A stretch of DNA of 63,563 bases, filler included, from an uncultured bacterium (GTDB lineage: Bacteria; CAYUVA01), in NCBI GenBank assembly GCA_964448115.1. It is 5 parts of 4 records of this genome, joined end to end, with 100 filler letters (N's around TTAATTAATTAA, not from the genome) between each part and the next. Parts side by side here need not be neighbours in the genome. Positions count along the whole stretch, not along the records: positions 60,855 to 63,563 come from CAYUVA010000084.1; 4 more parts are not named here. One strand, written 5' to 3'. The notes below the pieces were generated by a model, which saw only the letters and a list, made by a program, of their open reading frames with translations, was not told the origin of the DNA and ran no database searches. This document shows, piece after piece, positions 61,145 to 63,563 of the stretch. A program made the position numbers and the translations under genes. Positions within the stretch are counted from its first letter, which is position 1, and each line of letters begins with the position of its first letter.

Positions 61145-63563
61145 CTATCTCCCCCTATAATATTCCACCTGGGTTTGTTCGGGATCGGTGCCGCCGGCGT
61201 GGATTCCTGTGTCCCACAACTGGTGCCCCAGGTCAGCCTCTATGAAGCGCAATTTACGCTCCTGTTGCGCAGCCTCTTTATCTCTCCCCAGCTTGCGGTA
61301 GATCTTTGCTAGAAACAGGTGTGGCAAATATGCATCTAAGGTAATGCTTCGCCGGTGCTTGAGAGCATTTATAAAGTCGGCTTCAGCCTGGGAATAATTG
61401 CCTTTCAGATAATGGACGATTCCCAGTTCAACATGAATGACTGCGAACTGAGGTTCATTGTTTAGTGCCTGCTCAAGCAGACTCTCCGCTTCCTGTAGCC
61501 TATTTTGTTGCATAAGCACCCGCGCCAGGATTATATGGGGCATGAACCCCCGTCTGTCCTCAGCGACCAGCTCACCAAGTATCCTGGCAGCGTCATCTAA
61601 TTCTCCGGCATGTATCTGTGCGTTTGCGATTCGGATCATGCGGTTGAGCCACAGGTTCCAATTTTTATCATGCAATGGTTCGGGTATCTGTTGGGCAGCA
61701 AGCATGACTTCATCGAGCAATGATTTTCCCCCTGAGCCTTGCTTGAATACTGGAAGATCCGCCTTGTCAGGTGAGATGAAGACCATCTGTGCAAGATCGT
61801 GGATCGCACCAGCCCTGTCGCCCAATAATAAATATAGCATCCCTCTTCTCTGGTAGGCATCGGCGCCGACCGACTGCAAGGGATTATCTTTGATAATCTC
61901 CGTATATTCCCGTATCGCAGCCGGGTAGTTACCCATGGCACTTAAAAGATCCCCCCTGATCAGGCGATATAGATAAAGGTGTGGATTTAGCCTTATCGCC
62001 TGGTTGATATACTCCAACGCCTGGGAGTTATCGCCCTGGTTCCTATGCCAGATGGCAAGGTAGTATTTGGTATGGGCGTCGTTGGGGGTCAAACTATCTG
62101 CCAGCATGAAATAACTCAAGGAGCGCTGCATGTACCCTTTCATCGCCAAATCCTGCGCCTTTTTCACACATAGCAGCGAGAAATGAACATTCAAAGCAAG
62201 TACCATAATCGCTATCAAGGCTATTGAGATATATTGAGAATACCTTGATTGATTCCGCTTTGCTTCATTTACTAGGTTTATCTGGGCTGACAACAGCCCG
62301 GCAATGACGAAGAGCAGATACCCGTTCTCCTTTATCCAGAGACGATGGTTGGCAAAGCCGTCCAGCAGGTAGGCTGTCAGCGCGCTTAAAATGGCTAAGT
62401 AAAAATACCTCGCTTGCGAGTCATTGGTAATCCATAAGCCCCTGAGACAATTGAAAACAAGCACGCCTAGCAGAGCAATATAGGCTACAAATCCGACACT
62501 CCCCACGCTGGAGAGCATCTCCACATAGGTATTATGCGAATCGACCAGGAACTGGTCAGTAACGCTCAGTCCTAGCTCCTTGAAATATGGCTTTAGGATA
62601 TATCGTTTGGTCGCTGGACCGGGACCGACAATTGGATAATCGGCGTAAATCTGCATTGAAACTCGCCAGACATCGTATCGTCTCGTCTTAGTAATATCGA
62701 ATATAGATTTTATGCGGTGCTTTACCGGTGGAGGCATTGCTACAGAAAGCATAATTGCTAGGACAATCATTACAGCTAATGCAAAGAATAATCGCTTCGG
62801 CTTCAGGATGCCCTTGTAGCCACTCGCGATGGCATGGGCTGTATATAGTAACAGGCTCAATGCTATGCAGAGATAGGCGACTCGGCTATAGGTCAAATAG
62901 ATGCCTAAGATGTTGACCAGCAGGCTTGCGGTCAGCAGGAGCTTTATGCGGCGGCGCCTAATGGTTTGCGTCAGGTAAATCCCCAAAGGAAAGGAGATGA
63001 ACATGGCAAAAGCTATATAGTTCGGCGCTGAATCCAATGGCCAGGTTCTGAAGCCGAGACCCTCGAACCAGCCCAAGATCAAGATACGCTCTGCGACCTC
63101 GTAAATGATGCAAAGTGAAAAGACTGTACCTAATGAATATATGGCAATTGCTAAGTCTCGAAGCCGCTGAGGTGAGCTGACACCATCGCTCAAGAGTAAA
63201 TACAAAGTAAAATATTGCAAGCAAAGCGCCAGCACCTTGTAACCGACAAAGGGGTATATGGAAAAAATAGTCGATAAAGCGACGGCTGCCACAAAGCAAA
63301 ATAGATATCCAGTGAAATGCCTCTGCTTATTGGTTGGCTCCGAGAATAGCGCAGCTAACAAGCCGACTAAAAGCACCATAGAAAGATGCCCCATATCCCG
63401 TATCTGCTCGTTACCATAAGCATTCGAGGCGATAATGATGGCGACCAGCAGAGCTGCATAAGGTAATGAATTCTTTCTAAGCCCGATGAGTATGATTATA
63501 GCCTGGCAGACGAGGTAAAGCCCCAGAAACACAAGCAAGCCCTCATCGACCCTGGCGAGGGTC
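61145..63563 (-). CDS. O-antigen ligase family membrane protein with C-terminal TPRs, probably 5'-truncated by window end
   Basis: PNYIA, TYSRVAY, RYDVW...PIVGPG, SHNTYVEMLSSVGSVG, multiple TPRs. Confidence 0.88.
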   Translation of the reverse strand, partial: TLARVDEGLLVFLGLYLVCQAIIILIGLRKNSLPYAALLVAIIIASNAYGNEQIRDMGHLSMVLLVGLLAALFSEPTNKQRHFTGYLFCFVAAVALSTIFSIYPFVGYKVLALCLQYFTLYLLLSDGVSSPQRLRDLAIAIYSLGTVFSLCIIYEVAERILILGWFEGLGFRTWPLDSAPNYIAFAMFISFPLGIYLTQTIRRRRIKLLLTASLLVNILGIYLTYSRVAYLCIALSLLLYTAHAIASGYKGILKPKRLFFALAVMIVLAIMLSVAMPPPVKHRIKSIFDITKTRRYDVWRVSMQIYADYPIVGPGPATKRYILKPYFKELGLSVTDQFLVDSHNTYVEMLSSVGSVGFVAYIALLGVLVFNCLRGLWITNDSQARYFYLAILSALTAYLLDGFANHRLWIKENGYLLFVIAGLLSAQINLVNEAKRNQSRYSQYISIALIAIMVLALNVHFSLLCVKKAQDLAMKGYMQRSLSYFMLADSLTPNDAHTKYYLAIWHRNQGDNSQALEYINQAIRLNPHLYLYRLIRGDLLSAMGNYPAAIREYTEIIKDNPLQSVGADAYQRRGMLYLLLGDRAGAIHDLAQMVFISPDKADLPVFKQGSGGKSLLDEVMLAAQQIPEPLHDKNWNLWLNRMIRIANAQIHAGELDDAARILGELVAEDRRGFMPHIILARVLMQQNRLQEAESLLEQALNNEPQFAVIHVELGIVHYLKGNYSQAEADFINALKHRRSITLDAYLPHLFLAKIYRKLGRDKEAAQQERKLRFIEADLGHQLWDTGIHAGGTDPEQTQVEYYRGR

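Overview
Bacterial (diderm: TonB/ExbBD, CpoB, lipoproteins) draft or metagenome-assembled sequence made of five contig pieces. They are joined by artificial 100-nt linkers (N44-TTAATTAATTAA-N44) at about 8264-8363, 23052-23151, 52887-52986 and 60755-60854, so gene adjacency across these points is meaningless. Housekeeping content: pfk, ugd, WcaJ-like, ilvE, tRNA-Val(CAC), tRNA-Leu(TAG), tig-clpP-lon (no clpX), parAB, exbB-exbD-exbD-tonB, larC, asnB, pgi, plus glycan-related membrane proteins, two B12-radical SAM genes, an SPFH pair and a C25 (gingipain-like) protease. Highlights: (1) three unrelated large surface-type Pro/Thr-rich proteins end in the same ~105-aa C-terminal domain ([AG]GY[MW][DN]TR...[PG]TG...LE...WP[YA]L[YW]xx[ED]-stop), a candidate lineage-specific sorting/anchoring domain. 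(2) Many small palindromic repeats, including one inserted in-frame in asnB, 63-bp inverted copies bracketing asnB-pgi, and a nested multi-family cluster. (3) An AT-rich small-ORF + dGTPase cassette. (4) A GxGD/PAL protease-like gene upstream of a membrane pseudokinase. (5) Two convergent glycan genes sharing an unknown C-terminal domain. No database searches were run; family calls come from motifs recognised by eye.
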